A stretch of DNA of 43,259 nucleotides from an uncultured bacterium (GTDB taxonomy: Bacteria; Latescibacterota; Latescibacteria; Latescibacterales; Latescibacteraceae), in contig CAYNWJ010000002.1 in the NCBI GenBank assembly GCA_964400815.1, positions 1-43,259 on the forward strand, read 5' to 3'. This document shows, one piece after another, positions 17,076 through 26,229 of this stretch. The notes beneath the pieces are model-generated. The model ran no database searches. It worked only from the letters and a program-made list of their open reading frames with translations, and was not told the origin of the DNA. The position numbers were made by a program, and so were the translations under genes. How positions within the stretch are numbered: the stretch's first letter is position 1; each line of letters starts with the position of its first letter.

Positions 17076-18455
17076 TCAATTCCCCGACAGGTAAGCAGCG
17101 GCCATGCCCGCCAATGCCCTGACGCCGTATGACAACGCGTCCTCGTCCGCGCGGAAAAGAGGCGAATGGACGGGAGCCACCTCGTTATCTGGCACGCCTT
17201 TCGGCCGCACTCCGAGAAAGATGTACAGCGACGGCACTTTTTCCGCGAAAAAGGCGAAATCCTCAGCGCCGGTGTGCACCCGGGACACCACCAGGTTCTC
17301 CTCACCCACCACATGCCCGAGCACGGGCAGCATGCCTGCGGTCAGTTCGGGGTCGTTGTAGGTGACGGGGACGCCCACACCCACGGACACATCGGCTTTC
17401 GCCCCCGCGCTTTCTGCGATGTTTACGGCGGTGGTTTCGATACGCTTGTGAATGTCCCACCGCATGTCGGGATCGAGGGTGCGGATGGTGCCGACCATTC
17501 TGACCTCGTCGGGAATGATATTGCTCCGTATGCCCCCGTTGATCATGCCCACGGTTATCACCGACGGCGCCTGAATGGCATCGAGCTGCCTGCTCACGAT
17601 GGTCTGAAGGCCAAGAATGATCTGCGCCGAGACCACCACGGGGTCCACGCCCATCCACGGATATGCGCCGTGTGTCTGGCTTCCGGTTACGGTGATGCGG
17701 AGACCGTCGGCGCTCGCCATGGCGCCTTCCGGCCTATAGCCGATGACACCCGCCTCATAGTCGGTGCTCACATGCAGCCCGAACATCGCACCGGGAGCGG
17801 GGTCTTCCAGCGCACCCTCCTCGATCATGAGATCGGCTCCGCCGCGCTCTCCCGAGGGAGCACCTTCTTCGGCGGGCTGAAAAAAGAACACCACGGTACA
17901 GGGGAGACGCTCGCGAACAGCGGCAAGAACCCGGGCCACGCCCATGAGTATCGATGTGTGACAGTCGTGCCCGCATGCATGCATGACCCCCACGTCGGCG
18001 CCGTTGTATTCAGCGCGTACGGTGGAAGCGAAGGGAAGCCCGGTCTGCTCGGTCACCGGCAGGGCGTCCATGTCGGCCCTGAGCCCCACGACAGGCCCCG
18101 GCCCGCCACCCCTGAGAACGCCGACCACTCCCGTGTGAGCAATACCCGTACGGACCTCCATGCCAAGGGATTCCAGGTGATCGGCCGCCATGCCCGCCGT
18201 TCTGAATTCGCGGTTCGAGAGCTCGGGATGGGCATGAATATCCCGGCGCCATTCGATGACACTCGCCTCGACCTTCGCCGCCTCTTCGTCGATGACCCGC
18301 AAAAGGTCTTCCACCGTATCCTGCGCCGCGGACGGCGACGGATGAAGCATAGTCATCAACCCGAAAAATACGGCAGAAACCAGCATCGATGCGGCGCGGT
18401 AGTCGCGCCTGACCGATGCCGTGACGGGTGTGGGAACACGGGCATAGGGAGCCAT
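17076..18455 (-). CDS. Secreted M20D-family amidohydrolase (aminoacylase / hippurate-hydrolase-like peptidase)
   Basis: Track ORF trimmed to ATG 18455, preceded by AAAGGAGGAAAAAAC. Signal-peptide-like N-terminus ..ASMLVSAVFFGLMTMLHPSPSAA. Motifs HAHPELSNRE, GLRADMDALP, MHACGHDCH. Confidence 0.85.
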   Translation of the reverse strand: MAPYARVPTPVTASVRRDYRAASMLVSAVFFGLMTMLHPSPSAAQDTVEDLLRVIDEEAAKVEASVIEWRRDIHAHPELSNREFRTAGMAADHLESLGMEVRTGIAHTGVVGVLRGGGPGPVVGLRADMDALPVTEQTGLPFASTVRAEYNGADVGVMHACGHDCHTSILMGVARVLAAVRERLPCTVVFFFQPAEEGAPSGERGGADLMIEEGALEDPAPGAMFGLHVSTDYEAGVIGYRPEGAMASADGLRITVTGSQTHGAYPWMGVDPVVVSAQIILGLQTIVSRQLDAIQAPSVITVGMINGGIRSNIIPDEVRMVGTIRTLDPDMRWDIHKRIETTAVNIAESAGAKADVSVGVGVPVTYNDPELTAGMLPVLGHVVGEENLVVSRVHTGAEDFAFFAEKVPSLYIFLGVRPKGVPDNEVAPVHSPLFRADEDALSYGVRALAGMAAAYLSGN

Positions 18456-18584
18456 GTTTTTTCCTCCTTTATTTCGTGGCTGATTCATTTCATTCAAGTA
18501 TACTGAATCCATCCAGCGAGGCAAACTTAATTGGAAGATCGCATGCAAAATGACCGGCAGCCGTTCACTCCCGGCAATTACTCC

Positions 18585-18613
18585 TTGACATTTATCGCCT
18601 CATGTGTGATATT
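18585..18613 (+). promoter_or_regulatory. Candidate sigma70 promoter with extended -10 (TTGACA-17 nt-TGtGATATT) for the GT2 operon
   Basis: TTGACA at 18585-18590, TG at 18605-18606, GATATT at 18608-18613. It would give a leader of about 120 nt before ATG 18740. Confidence 0.45.
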
Positions 18614-18739
18614 TTCGGCATTAAGACATTCAATATCAAATGTTTGTGATATTGCCACCTGCCTCGGGAGCTGACACCGCCCCTTCCCGCGATGAACGGG
18701 CGGAAGGACGCGGCCACTCACCGGAGAAAGCCGGTTTCG

Positions 18740-19678
18740 ATGGAAACGAACACACCAGTATATTCCGTACTGATTCCCATATACCGTTCCGCCACGATGA
18801 TCGGGGAGCTGTATTCACGAATCATCGCGGTGATGGATACGGTGGGAGAGCCGTTCGAGATCGTTTTCGTGGACGATTGCAGTCCGGATGACAGCTGGCG
18901 GGTCCTGGAGGAAATCCATGAGAACGACCCCCGTGTCAAGCTGATCCAGCTCATGAAAAACGCCGGTCAGCCCAGGGCGCTCATGTGCGGCTTCGAACAT
19001 GTCAGGGGCGATTACGTCATCACCATGGACGACGACCTCCAGCATCCACCCGAAGAGATACCGAAACTCATCGGGGAAATGAACGCCCATCCGGGGCTCG
19101 ACGCCGTCATCGGGATTCCGATTGAGAAGAAACACCACCCCCTGCGAAACATGATCTCCGAGGCCTACAACATCGTCAACTCATACATCTTCCAAAAGAG
19201 CCGGTCGCTGAAAATGGGCCCGTTCCGGATCATAAGACGGCAGGTCACCGGGCAACTGATTCTTCAGAACACCTATAACCCCATCATAGGCACCATGCTT
19301 CTGAGCATAACCGTGAACATGACGAATGTCCCCGTGGAGCACCACGAGCGCAAGGAAGGGTCATCCACCTACACCCCCGGCCGCATCGTCAAGGCGGCGC
19401 TCGATTCGATTCTCCAGAACACCACCCTGCCGCTGAAATTCGTCAGCACATTCGGCATGACCGTATCATCGATCAGCATCATTTACGGGTTCTATAATAT
19501 CTTCAAAAAGCTCTTCAGAGGCATCAGCACGCCCGGTTGGGCGAGCCTCATGGTGGTCAATCTCTTTCTGTTCGGCGTCATACTCTTTTCCCTCGGCATC
19601 ATCGGGGAATACCTCATTCGCATCATTCAGTCGACACATCAGATACCCCGGTACACGGTCCGGCAGAAAAAAATATAA
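18740..19678 (+). CDS. GT2-family polyprenyl-phosphate glycosyltransferase (ArnC/GtrB/DPM1-like)
   Basis: Track ORF trimmed to ATG 18740. N-terminal YSVLIPIYRSA...VFVDDCSPDDS...ITMDDDLQHPP (GT-A fold with DxD). Two C-terminal TM helices (FVSTFGMTVSSISIIYGFY, WASLMVVNLFLFGVILFSLGIIGEY) are characteristic of the polyprenyl-P sugar synthase subgroup. Confidence 0.85.
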   Translation: METNTPVYSVLIPIYRSATMIGELYSRIIAVMDTVGEPFEIVFVDDCSPDDSWRVLEEIHENDPRVKLIQLMKNAGQPRALMCGFEHVRGDYVITMDDDLQHPPEEIPKLIGEMNAHPGLDAVIGIPIEKKHHPLRNMISEAYNIVNSYIFQKSRSLKMGPFRIIRRQVTGQLILQNTYNPIIGTMLLSITVNMTNVPVEHHERKEGSSTYTPGRIVKAALDSILQNTTLPLKFVSTFGMTVSSISIIYGFYNIFKKLFRGISTPGWASLMVVNLFLFGVILFSLGIIGEYLIRIIQSTHQIPRYTVRQKKI

Positions 19679-20874
19679 TGCAGAAAAAGATCATGATACT
19701 CGGCGCCGGTGTTTTTCAGCTTCCGGCAATACACAAGGCCCGTGAAATGGGCCTGGTCACCGTCGTGTGCGGCGGAAACGCGGACGAACCGGGCCTGAAA
19801 ATCGCCGATGTTCCCTGCCACGTGAGCACAACCGACATGGAAGGCGTGCTGGCCGTGGCGCGGCGGGAAAGCATCGACGGCGTCATGACGATCGCGTCGG
19901 AAATATCGGTCTCCACAGTCACGTTTGTGGCTGAAAAGCTGGGACTGCCCGGATATCGGCATGAAACGGCGCGGAATATCATGAACAAGTTCAGGCTGCG
20001 TGAAATCCTCGCGGCCCATGATATTCCCGTACCCGCTTTCGGTATCGCGAGACGGGCCGGCGAATCGCGGGAGATCGCGGAACGGGTGGGATTCCCCGTC
20101 ATCCTCAAGCCGGTCGAATCATCGGGAAGCAGGGGTGTGTCGGTGCTCCAAAGCGCCGATGGAATCGAGGCGGCATGGCGGAGAGGCGCCGATCTTTCAC
20201 AGGGTGAACGGAGCGTGGTGATAGAACGATACATCGCTGGCCGCGAGGTCGGCGGAGAATGCATCGTGCGGAACCGCAAACTCGCCTTCATGGAAATTAC
20301 CAACAAGTATATCAACAGGTGGCATGTGCCGCTGGGCCATTCGGCGCCGTCCACGCTTGACCGCGGGGACATTGCGGCGACGGAAGAGCTTGTTTCCCGG
20401 TGCATCGAGGTTTTCGACATTGATGAAGGCCCGCTCAACCTGGATGTCATGATCACGGCGGACGGCCCGGTCGTTCTCGAGCTCGGCGCCCGCCTCGGAG
20501 GCAACTGCCTGCCCCGGATAATGGAGCTCGGCACCGGGGTCGATACGGAGAAGGCCGCCATTGCGATGGCGCTCGGGGACCCGCCCGCGCTTGACCGAAG
20601 CCGCAGAGACTGTGTCGGCGTGCGGATATTGGGCTCGGAAACCGACGGCGTTCTCGGCCGTGGAGCGGACGCCGGTCTTTTTCACGAACATCTCGAATCG
20701 GACATCATCGAAGCCGTCATCGACCTGAAGCCGGGCGAACCCATCAAAAAATTCGACCAGGGCAGCCATCGGTTCGGCCATGTCATTCTGCGCGGCTCGT
20801 CGATAGAATGCCTCGAACGGGATTTTACAACAATCGACAGGATATGCTCGGAATGGGTGCTGGACATGCCATGA
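19678..20874 (+). CDS. ATP-grasp domain carboxylate-amine ligase
   Basis: Track ORF trimmed to ATG 19678, which overlaps the GT2 stop (TAATG). MQKKIMILGAGVFQLPAIHKA is a pre-ATP-grasp Rossmann-like segment. ATP-grasp core: NKFRLREIL..IPVP, FPVILKPVESSGSRGV, IERYIAGREVGGE, LELGARLGGN. Confidence 0.8.
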   Translation: MQKKIMILGAGVFQLPAIHKAREMGLVTVVCGGNADEPGLKIADVPCHVSTTDMEGVLAVARRESIDGVMTIASEISVSTVTFVAEKLGLPGYRHETARNIMNKFRLREILAAHDIPVPAFGIARRAGESREIAERVGFPVILKPVESSGSRGVSVLQSADGIEAAWRRGADLSQGERSVVIERYIAGREVGGECIVRNRKLAFMEITNKYINRWHVPLGHSAPSTLDRGDIAATEELVSRCIEVFDIDEGPLNLDVMITADGPVVLELGARLGGNCLPRIMELGTGVDTEKAAIAMALGDPPALDRSRRDCVGVRILGSETDGVLGRGADAGLFHEHLESDIIEAVIDLKPGEPIKKFDQGSHRFGHVILRGSSIECLERDFTTIDRICSEWVLDMP

Positions 20875-21419
20875 AACAGTCGGACGGTACGGTCGCCATT
20901 CGTCCCCTGGAGCTCGGGGACCTGGACCGGGTTCTTTCGTGGATCAGGGATCCCCTCATCATGCGGCGCATCGGCCTGCATGGGGAGCGAACGATGGAAT
21001 CGCAAGAGCGCTGGTTCCGGGGGATGGTGGATGACGAACACCGCCAGGTCTGGGCCATCGAGCTGGTAGAATCGAATCGCCACATCGGGAACATATCGCT
21101 CTATGACATCGATCGCCTGCACGCGCATGCCGGGATAGCCATATTCATCGGGGATAGGGAGCTTCGGGGGGCGGGTTACGGGAAACGGGCCTTGAGGCTC
21201 ATGCTCGATCATGTCTTCCAAACCATGGGGCTCCACCGCGTCTATTGCAAGACCGAGGCGTCGTTCGAGGGGACAATCGATTTCTACGAGTCTCTCGGGT
21301 TCACCCGCGAGGGGACGCTTCGTGAGCATGAACACTTCGATGGCGCTTATACGGACAAGGTCGTGTTCGGCCTGCTCGACAGGGAGTTCATCCCGGACAG
21401 CCGGCCGGACCGGACGTGA
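20871..21419 (+). CDS. GNAT N-acetyltransferase (RimJ/RimL-PseH-like)
   Basis: Track ORF trimmed to ATG 20871, which overlaps the ATP-grasp stop (ATGA). IRPLELGDLDRVLSWIRDP...ERWF resembles amino-sugar N-acetyltransferases of the PseH type. Acetyl-CoA loop RGAGYGKRAL. Confidence 0.8.
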   Translation: MKQSDGTVAIRPLELGDLDRVLSWIRDPLIMRRIGLHGERTMESQERWFRGMVDDEHRQVWAIELVESNRHIGNISLYDIDRLHAHAGIAIFIGDRELRGAGYGKRALRLMLDHVFQTMGLHRVYCKTEASFEGTIDFYESLGFTREGTLREHEHFDGAYTDKVVFGLLDREFIPDSRPDRT

Positions 21420-21466
21420 AACGGGCGGCACGGGTAAAAGCTAACTGTCAGCTCAAGGATACATAC

Positions 21467-23266
21467 ATGGCGGGAAAATCGAAAAAACGGCGAAAGAAAA
21501 ACGAACCGGCCGCGCCACCACGGCCGAAGAACCCCCTTTCGACGAAAATCCAGAGCGTCATGACACGCTTTCCGCCGGTCGTTGTCGCGTTGTTCATCAT
21601 CGGCATCCTCTTTCTTGTTCAGGGGATATTCTTCGTTTCCTCCTTCCAGACGAATGATGACATCGGGATGCTGTTCATCGCATCGGGTAACGGCTCCAGC
21701 ATCGAACCGGACGAGCATCTGAGATACACCCACGTGTTCATAGGCTTTGTTCTCAAATATCTCTATTCGCAGACGCAGGCAATTCCCTGGTACGGATTGT
21801 ACCAGTATTTCCTCCATTTCATCTCCATGGTCGCCCTCGCATACGCCGTCATCGACAAGGATGGATCGGCAAGGAGACTCCTGTTCCTCCTGCTCTATCT
21901 CTTCTTCGTCGAATTGTTCCTTCTCAACAACATGCAATACACCATCACCGCCTGTATCGCGGCGCAGAGCGGTGTTTTCCTGTTCTTCAACGGCTTGTCG
22001 AAAGACACCCGGGGCAGGTGGGTCTCATATGCCGCCGCCATCTTCCTGCTGATTGCGTCCGCTCTCGTGCGGACGAACGGGTTTTTCCTGATGATGCTCA
22101 TATCGCTGCCGATCCTCTCGATAAGCGTCTGGAGGAACCGTAACGACCGCGGAATGATTCGCGATTTCATCGGGTTCTGGTTCATCGTCTCCATCGCCGT
22201 TTTCGGGCTCAGGACCTTTGAAAGACAGTATTACAGAAGCGACCCGGCGTGGGCCGAGTTTTTCACCTTCAGCAAATTGAAATCGCGGTTCATCGACTAC
22301 GACCACATTGAGTACAACGAGGAAACGAAGCACATATTCGATGATGCGGGATGGAGCAGGAACGACCTGTTCCTCATGCGGTCGTGGTTCCATGCCGACG
22401 AGGACCTGTTCAGTGTCGATAAGCTCGAATCAATTTCATCTCAATTCCCCTCATTCAAGACATATCTCTCCATCGGCGAGGTGTTCGGCACTGTCACGGA
22501 CAAAATCCTGGACCAGTGGTTCATGGTGCTTCTCGCGGTGTTCTTCATGCTCTATCTGCGGGGAGGGGAAAAAGGTAATCGCGCATATATCCTCGCCACG
22601 CTTGCCCTGATATTCGCCGTATTTCTCTACCTGCTGGTGGCGAGGCAGCTGCCGAACCGTGTAATTCAGCCGGTCCTCTCCTTTCTCCTGGTGGCGGCGA
22701 TGTATTTCAGCTCACGCGAGCTTGAACAGTTTTCACCGGTGAGAAAGATCGTCAATACCGCCATGATAGGGGGAATCTGCATCGCCCTCCTGTTCTTTTT
22801 GAGCGAACAACACCGTGAAAGCGCGGACAAGATCGCGGCGAACCGGCAGTTCAAGAACACGGTCGGGGAACTGGACCCCTCGCCGGACGATCTCTATGTT
22901 ATCTGGGGCTCGGTCCCGTGGGAAAGCATTCTCCCCTTCGACACCCTCGATTTCATGCGGGACTGGAAGCTGGTCCTGCTCGGCACGACCCTCCGGACAC
23001 CCATAACGAAGGCCCGTCTGGCGGAATTCGGCATCGACAACATCTACCGCGCCCTGTACGAACGGCCCAATGTGTTCATCGTGACAAGGAACCGGCGGTA
23101 CCTGTATTTCTATTCCCAATATGTCCTTGAGCATTTCGGTGAGAACCTGCAATTCCAATATGTCTTCAGAAGCCCCGAATTCTATGTCACACAGGTCTAT
23201 CCCGACGCCGATTCCCAGGAGGAAGATCCCCCGGATGATATCTATCTCAACGATCCCTACAATTAG
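21467..23266 (+). CDS. Large polytopic membrane protein, GT-C-fold-like glycosyltransferase candidate (family unrecognised)
   Basis: Track ORF trimmed to ATG 21467 (AAGGAT 7 nt upstream). Polybasic N-terminus MAGKSKKRRKKNEP. At least 9 hydrophobic helices by eye. An acidic NDD motif follows TM1 (SSFQTNDDIGM), as in the first extracytoplasmic loop of GT-C enzymes. About 170-aa soluble C-terminal domain. Confidence 0.6.
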   Translation: MAGKSKKRRKKNEPAAPPRPKNPLSTKIQSVMTRFPPVVVALFIIGILFLVQGIFFVSSFQTNDDIGMLFIASGNGSSIEPDEHLRYTHVFIGFVLKYLYSQTQAIPWYGLYQYFLHFISMVALAYAVIDKDGSARRLLFLLLYLFFVELFLLNNMQYTITACIAAQSGVFLFFNGLSKDTRGRWVSYAAAIFLLIASALVRTNGFFLMMLISLPILSISVWRNRNDRGMIRDFIGFWFIVSIAVFGLRTFERQYYRSDPAWAEFFTFSKLKSRFIDYDHIEYNEETKHIFDDAGWSRNDLFLMRSWFHADEDLFSVDKLESISSQFPSFKTYLSIGEVFGTVTDKILDQWFMVLLAVFFMLYLRGGEKGNRAYILATLALIFAVFLYLLVARQLPNRVIQPVLSFLLVAAMYFSSRELEQFSPVRKIVNTAMIGGICIALLFFLSEQHRESADKIAANRQFKNTVGELDPSPDDLYVIWGSVPWESILPFDTLDFMRDWKLVLLGTTLRTPITKARLAEFGIDNIYRALYERPNVFIVTRNRRYLYFYSQYVLEHFGENLQFQYVFRSPEFYVTQVYPDADSQEEDPPDDIYLNDPYN

Positions 23267-23308
23267 GCCGTCATCCCGGAAACGGGGACATCCCACGGAA
23301 CATCATCC

Positions 23309-24319
23309 ATGAAAAAACATACCGTCGTCATCGTGAAATCAGCGATAACCATCGGCGTGTTCGTGTTTCTTTTCACACGCCTGGAGGCGACAGAGATATT
23401 CGCCAGAATGGCGCGCATGGACATGGGACTGTTCGCCGTGTCCATCGGCCTCATCATGCTGAAGAACCTGGGCGCCGGATACCGGAACCGTATCCTTCTG
23501 CGGCACATCGGCTCCAATGTGGGCCTGGCCGCCCTTGTCCGCCTGTATTTCATCGGTGGTTTCTTCAATCTCTTCCTGCCCACGGCGGTCGGAGGCGACA
23601 TCGCCCGCGCTTTTTATCTCTACCGTTACAGCGGAGGGAACGAATCCACGGTAAGCACGATCATCATGGAGCGCGTGCTTGGGATCCTCGCCATGATGTG
23701 CCTCTCCTTCACCTCGGTTCTTCTGATCCACGCACTCATGCCGGGTCTCCTCGCATCGCGGCTGATTCATGTCATTACGGTGCTTTTCGGCTGTGCCCTT
23801 GCGGCCTCGGCGCTCTTCTTCCACGGCGCGGCTGAACGCTTCGTGGAGCGGATGATGCCACACAGACTCTCGAACCGCATGGCTCCGGTCATCGCTGTCG
23901 TGCGCTCGTTTCTCGGCTTCCGCAGGGGAGCGCGGGCGCTTGTGTCCGCCTTTCTCGTTTCCCTGACCATACAGGCGATCATCATTGCATCCACATGGGT
24001 CATTGCATTGTCCATCGGTGACGACACTCCGCTCATCGTCTTTCTCATGCTGCTTCCCATCATCTGGCTGGTCAGCATGATCCCCGTGAGCATCAACGGT
24101 ATCGGATTGCGCGAAGGGGCGTTCGTCTTTTTTTTCGGCACGGTGGGCATGAGCGGTGAAACAGCGCTCGCCATCAGTCTCATCTGGTTCGCCCAGATGA
24201 TTGTCATGGGGGTGATGGGAGCGGGGGTGTTCCTGTTCGAGGGGGAATCCATCACCGGGATCAAACAGTGGGGAACGGAGCAATTCGACACGACCGAACG
24301 CGGACCGCGCACCACATGA
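23309..24319 (+). CDS. UPF0104 / lysyl-phosphatidylglycerol-synthase transmembrane-region (MprF flippase-like) family protein
   Basis: 336-aa polytopic ORF. Family signature YFIGGFFNLFLPTAVGGDIARAFYLY plus the late motif MIPVSINGIGLREGAFVFFF. Confidence 0.8.
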   Translation: MKKHTVVIVKSAITIGVFVFLFTRLEATEIFARMARMDMGLFAVSIGLIMLKNLGAGYRNRILLRHIGSNVGLAALVRLYFIGGFFNLFLPTAVGGDIARAFYLYRYSGGNESTVSTIIMERVLGILAMMCLSFTSVLLIHALMPGLLASRLIHVITVLFGCALAASALFFHGAAERFVERMMPHRLSNRMAPVIAVVRSFLGFRRGARALVSAFLVSLTIQAIIIASTWVIALSIGDDTPLIVFLMLLPIIWLVSMIPVSINGIGLREGAFVFFFGTVGMSGETALAISLIWFAQMIVMGVMGAGVFLFEGESITGIKQWGTEQFDTTERGPRTT

Positions 24320-24344
24320 AACGTCGGCCGGTCCCACATCCCGG

Positions 24345-25202
24345 TCAGCCGGGACTCTTTCTGCCGGTGAAAATGAAGCCCGAGGCGATGTTCTCCGCCA
24401 TCGGGTGATGTCTGAGGAAAATATCGAGGAATTTCAGGGGAAACGTGGCAACCATGAATATCATGTGAAGCGGGAAATACAGCCGCCTGCTGCCGAAGGA
24501 ACACAGGATCGCCGCCCATTCCTGGAGCACCCAGAGCAGACCGGAGGTGGGTCCCGAGGCGACATGAAGCCCGGTCTCCTCGAAGTTTCTCATGAGACGC
24601 CGCAATCCGGCTGATGTTCTGCGGGAATAGTCGTGGGGCGATGCATGAAATCCCTGGATGAACGGCATCATGACATAGAGAACGCCGCCGGGTTTGAGGA
24701 TACGGTGCATTTCGGCCACGACGGTTTCGGGTTCCGGCACATGCTCGAGCGCGGCCACCGACAGGACCACATCCACGCTCTCGTCCCGGATCGGGAGAAA
24801 ATCGATCGTACAGGCGAGATCGACATTGTCATAGGGGAAGATGTCGATGTTCGAAACGAACGGCGAGATATCTGTGTTCCCGCTGCCGAGATTCACCGCG
24901 GCCACGTCTCCTCCCGCGACATGCTCCTCGAGAAACGGGCGCAGAACGCTCCGGTTGCTGTTTACGGGGCCGATGATGAAATTCAGAAACGAATAGAGGG
25001 CGGGATGCCGTTTGAGGAGATACTTGAGACGGTCGAAAGGGTCGGCGATATCGGACTCGTCGAAGGCGGCGAAGCAGAGCGACCGGCCCCTGCGCCCGAA
25101 GCGCGATCCGCACGCCCTGCATCGGGCCCCGCCGCCATCGGAAGAGAGACCGTTCGAGCATTCAGGACAGACGAGAATGTCGATGGGCACTGGCCTGCTC
25201 AT
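24345..25202 (-). CDS. Class I SAM-dependent methyltransferase with N-terminal Trm112-like zinc ribbon
   Basis: Track ORF trimmed to ATG 25202 (GGAG 9 nt upstream). CPECSNGL...RCRACGSRF forms a four-Cys ribbon. VNLGSGN (SAM motif I), VDVVLSVAALEHVPEPE, ILKPGGVLYVMMPF. Confidence 0.8.
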   Translation of the reverse strand: MSRPVPIDILVCPECSNGLSSDGGGARCRACGSRFGRRGRSLCFAAFDESDIADPFDRLKYLLKRHPALYSFLNFIIGPVNSNRSVLRPFLEEHVAGGDVAAVNLGSGNTDISPFVSNIDIFPYDNVDLACTIDFLPIRDESVDVVLSVAALEHVPEPETVVAEMHRILKPGGVLYVMMPFIQGFHASPHDYSRRTSAGLRRLMRNFEETGLHVASGPTSGLLWVLQEWAAILCSFGSRRLYFPLHMIFMVATFPLKFLDIFLRHHPMAENIASGFIFTGRKSPG

Positions 25203-25258
25203 GATGCGGGATCTCCGGCATTGAATACGTGTAATCGTTGTGGAGGCATAATCGCCGC

Positions 25259-26221
25259 ATGACACGCAGACGACTCAAGCTCATTCTTCAGATCGTCATA
25301 CCCGTCATCATCCTGGGATATCTCTTTCTCACCCTGGATGCCGGGGCAATCGGAGCCCATCTCGCCAGGACCGGGCCCCTGCCCTTCATCTCGGCATTCG
25401 TGCTGCTCTGCCTGCGGAACGTGGTCGGCGCATTCCGGAGCGCCATTCTCCTCAAGTCGCGCGGCCTGGACTTTTCGACAGGCGAACTGACCCGGCACTA
25501 CTTCATCGGCTTCTTCTTCAATCTCTTCCTTCCGGAAGTGGTGGGCCGGGACATTGCGCGCGGCTATTTTCTCTACCGGTCGAGCAGCGGCGACGCCAGA
25601 ACGGTCGGCTCGATCGTCGCAGAACGGCTCATCGGCACCGCGGCGCTTCTGATCATGTCGGTCGCCGCCGTGCTCCATGCGGCGGTCACCGGCGCGGCGG
25701 TGTTCGAAAACAATGTCATCACCGCCGTATTCGTGCTCTTTGCCGCAGCGACCCTGGCAATTCCCCTCGTCTTCAACGCCTGGACGGAATCGCTGCTGGA
25801 GCGTCTGGCCCCGGCGGGTAAACGGACCCTTTCCGCCAGGACCGCCGGTTTCATCCGGGATGTCGTCTCATATCACCGGTCACTGTCGTCGGTCGCCTGG
25901 AGCTTCATCGTCTCAATCGTATTCCAGCTGATCGGTGTTGCGGCGGCCTTCCTCATCGCCCGTTCCCTGGGAGACGACACGCCGTTCCTCTATTTCTTCA
26001 TTCTCCTGCCGGTCATCTGGGTGCTGGGAATGCTGCCCGTATCGGTCGGCGGCCTCGGCGTTCGCGAGGGATCGTTCGTCGTGCTCTTCGGGGCCGTCGG
26101 CATGGCGCGGGAAATGGCGATGGCCGTCTCGATCCTCTGGTTTGTCCAGAATATCGGCCTCGGACTGGTCGGCGCCGTCCTCTTCATCCTCGACAGGGAT
26201 CCTCCCGCCGCCGCTTCCTGA
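25259..26221 (+). CDS. Second UPF0104 / MprF-flippase-like membrane protein (paralog of 23309..24319)
   Basis: Track ORF trimmed to ATG 25259 (GGAGG 12 nt upstream). Same signature as the first copy: YFIGFFFNLFLPEVVGRDIARGYFLY and MLPVSVGGLGVREGSFVVLF. Confidence 0.8.
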   Translation: MTRRRLKLILQIVIPVIILGYLFLTLDAGAIGAHLARTGPLPFISAFVLLCLRNVVGAFRSAILLKSRGLDFSTGELTRHYFIGFFFNLFLPEVVGRDIARGYFLYRSSSGDARTVGSIVAERLIGTAALLIMSVAAVLHAAVTGAAVFENNVITAVFVLFAAATLAIPLVFNAWTESLLERLAPAGKRTLSARTAGFIRDVVSYHRSLSSVAWSFIVSIVFQLIGVAAAFLIARSLGDDTPFLYFFILLPVIWVLGMLPVSVGGLGVREGSFVVLFGAVGMAREMAMAVSILWFVQNIGLGLVGAVLFILDRDPPAAAS

Positions 26222-26229
26222 AACGAATT

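Noticed and set aside
17166-18506. 446-aa plus-strand ORF opposite the M20 amidohydrolase
   Set aside because: It is an antisense shadow ORF with His/Gly/Arg-rich low complexity. The minus strand encodes canonical M20D motifs.
18740-19678. Naming the GT2 arnC (and the neighbours arnB/arnT)
   Set aside because: I infer only family-level resemblance and gene-order logic. The SDR lacks ArnA-like features, and the extra tailoring genes argue for a different sugar. I therefore assigned no gene symbols.
20682-21431. 249-aa minus-strand ORF opposite the ATP-grasp end and the GNAT gene
   Set aside because: It spans two translationally coupled plus-strand genes, and I recognised no motif in it.
23339-24519. 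332-aa and 250-aa minus-strand ORFs opposite the first UPF0104 gene
   Set aside because: The translations are highly charged (His/Asp/Glu/Arg) and antisense to a clear polytopic membrane protein. They are shadow ORFs.
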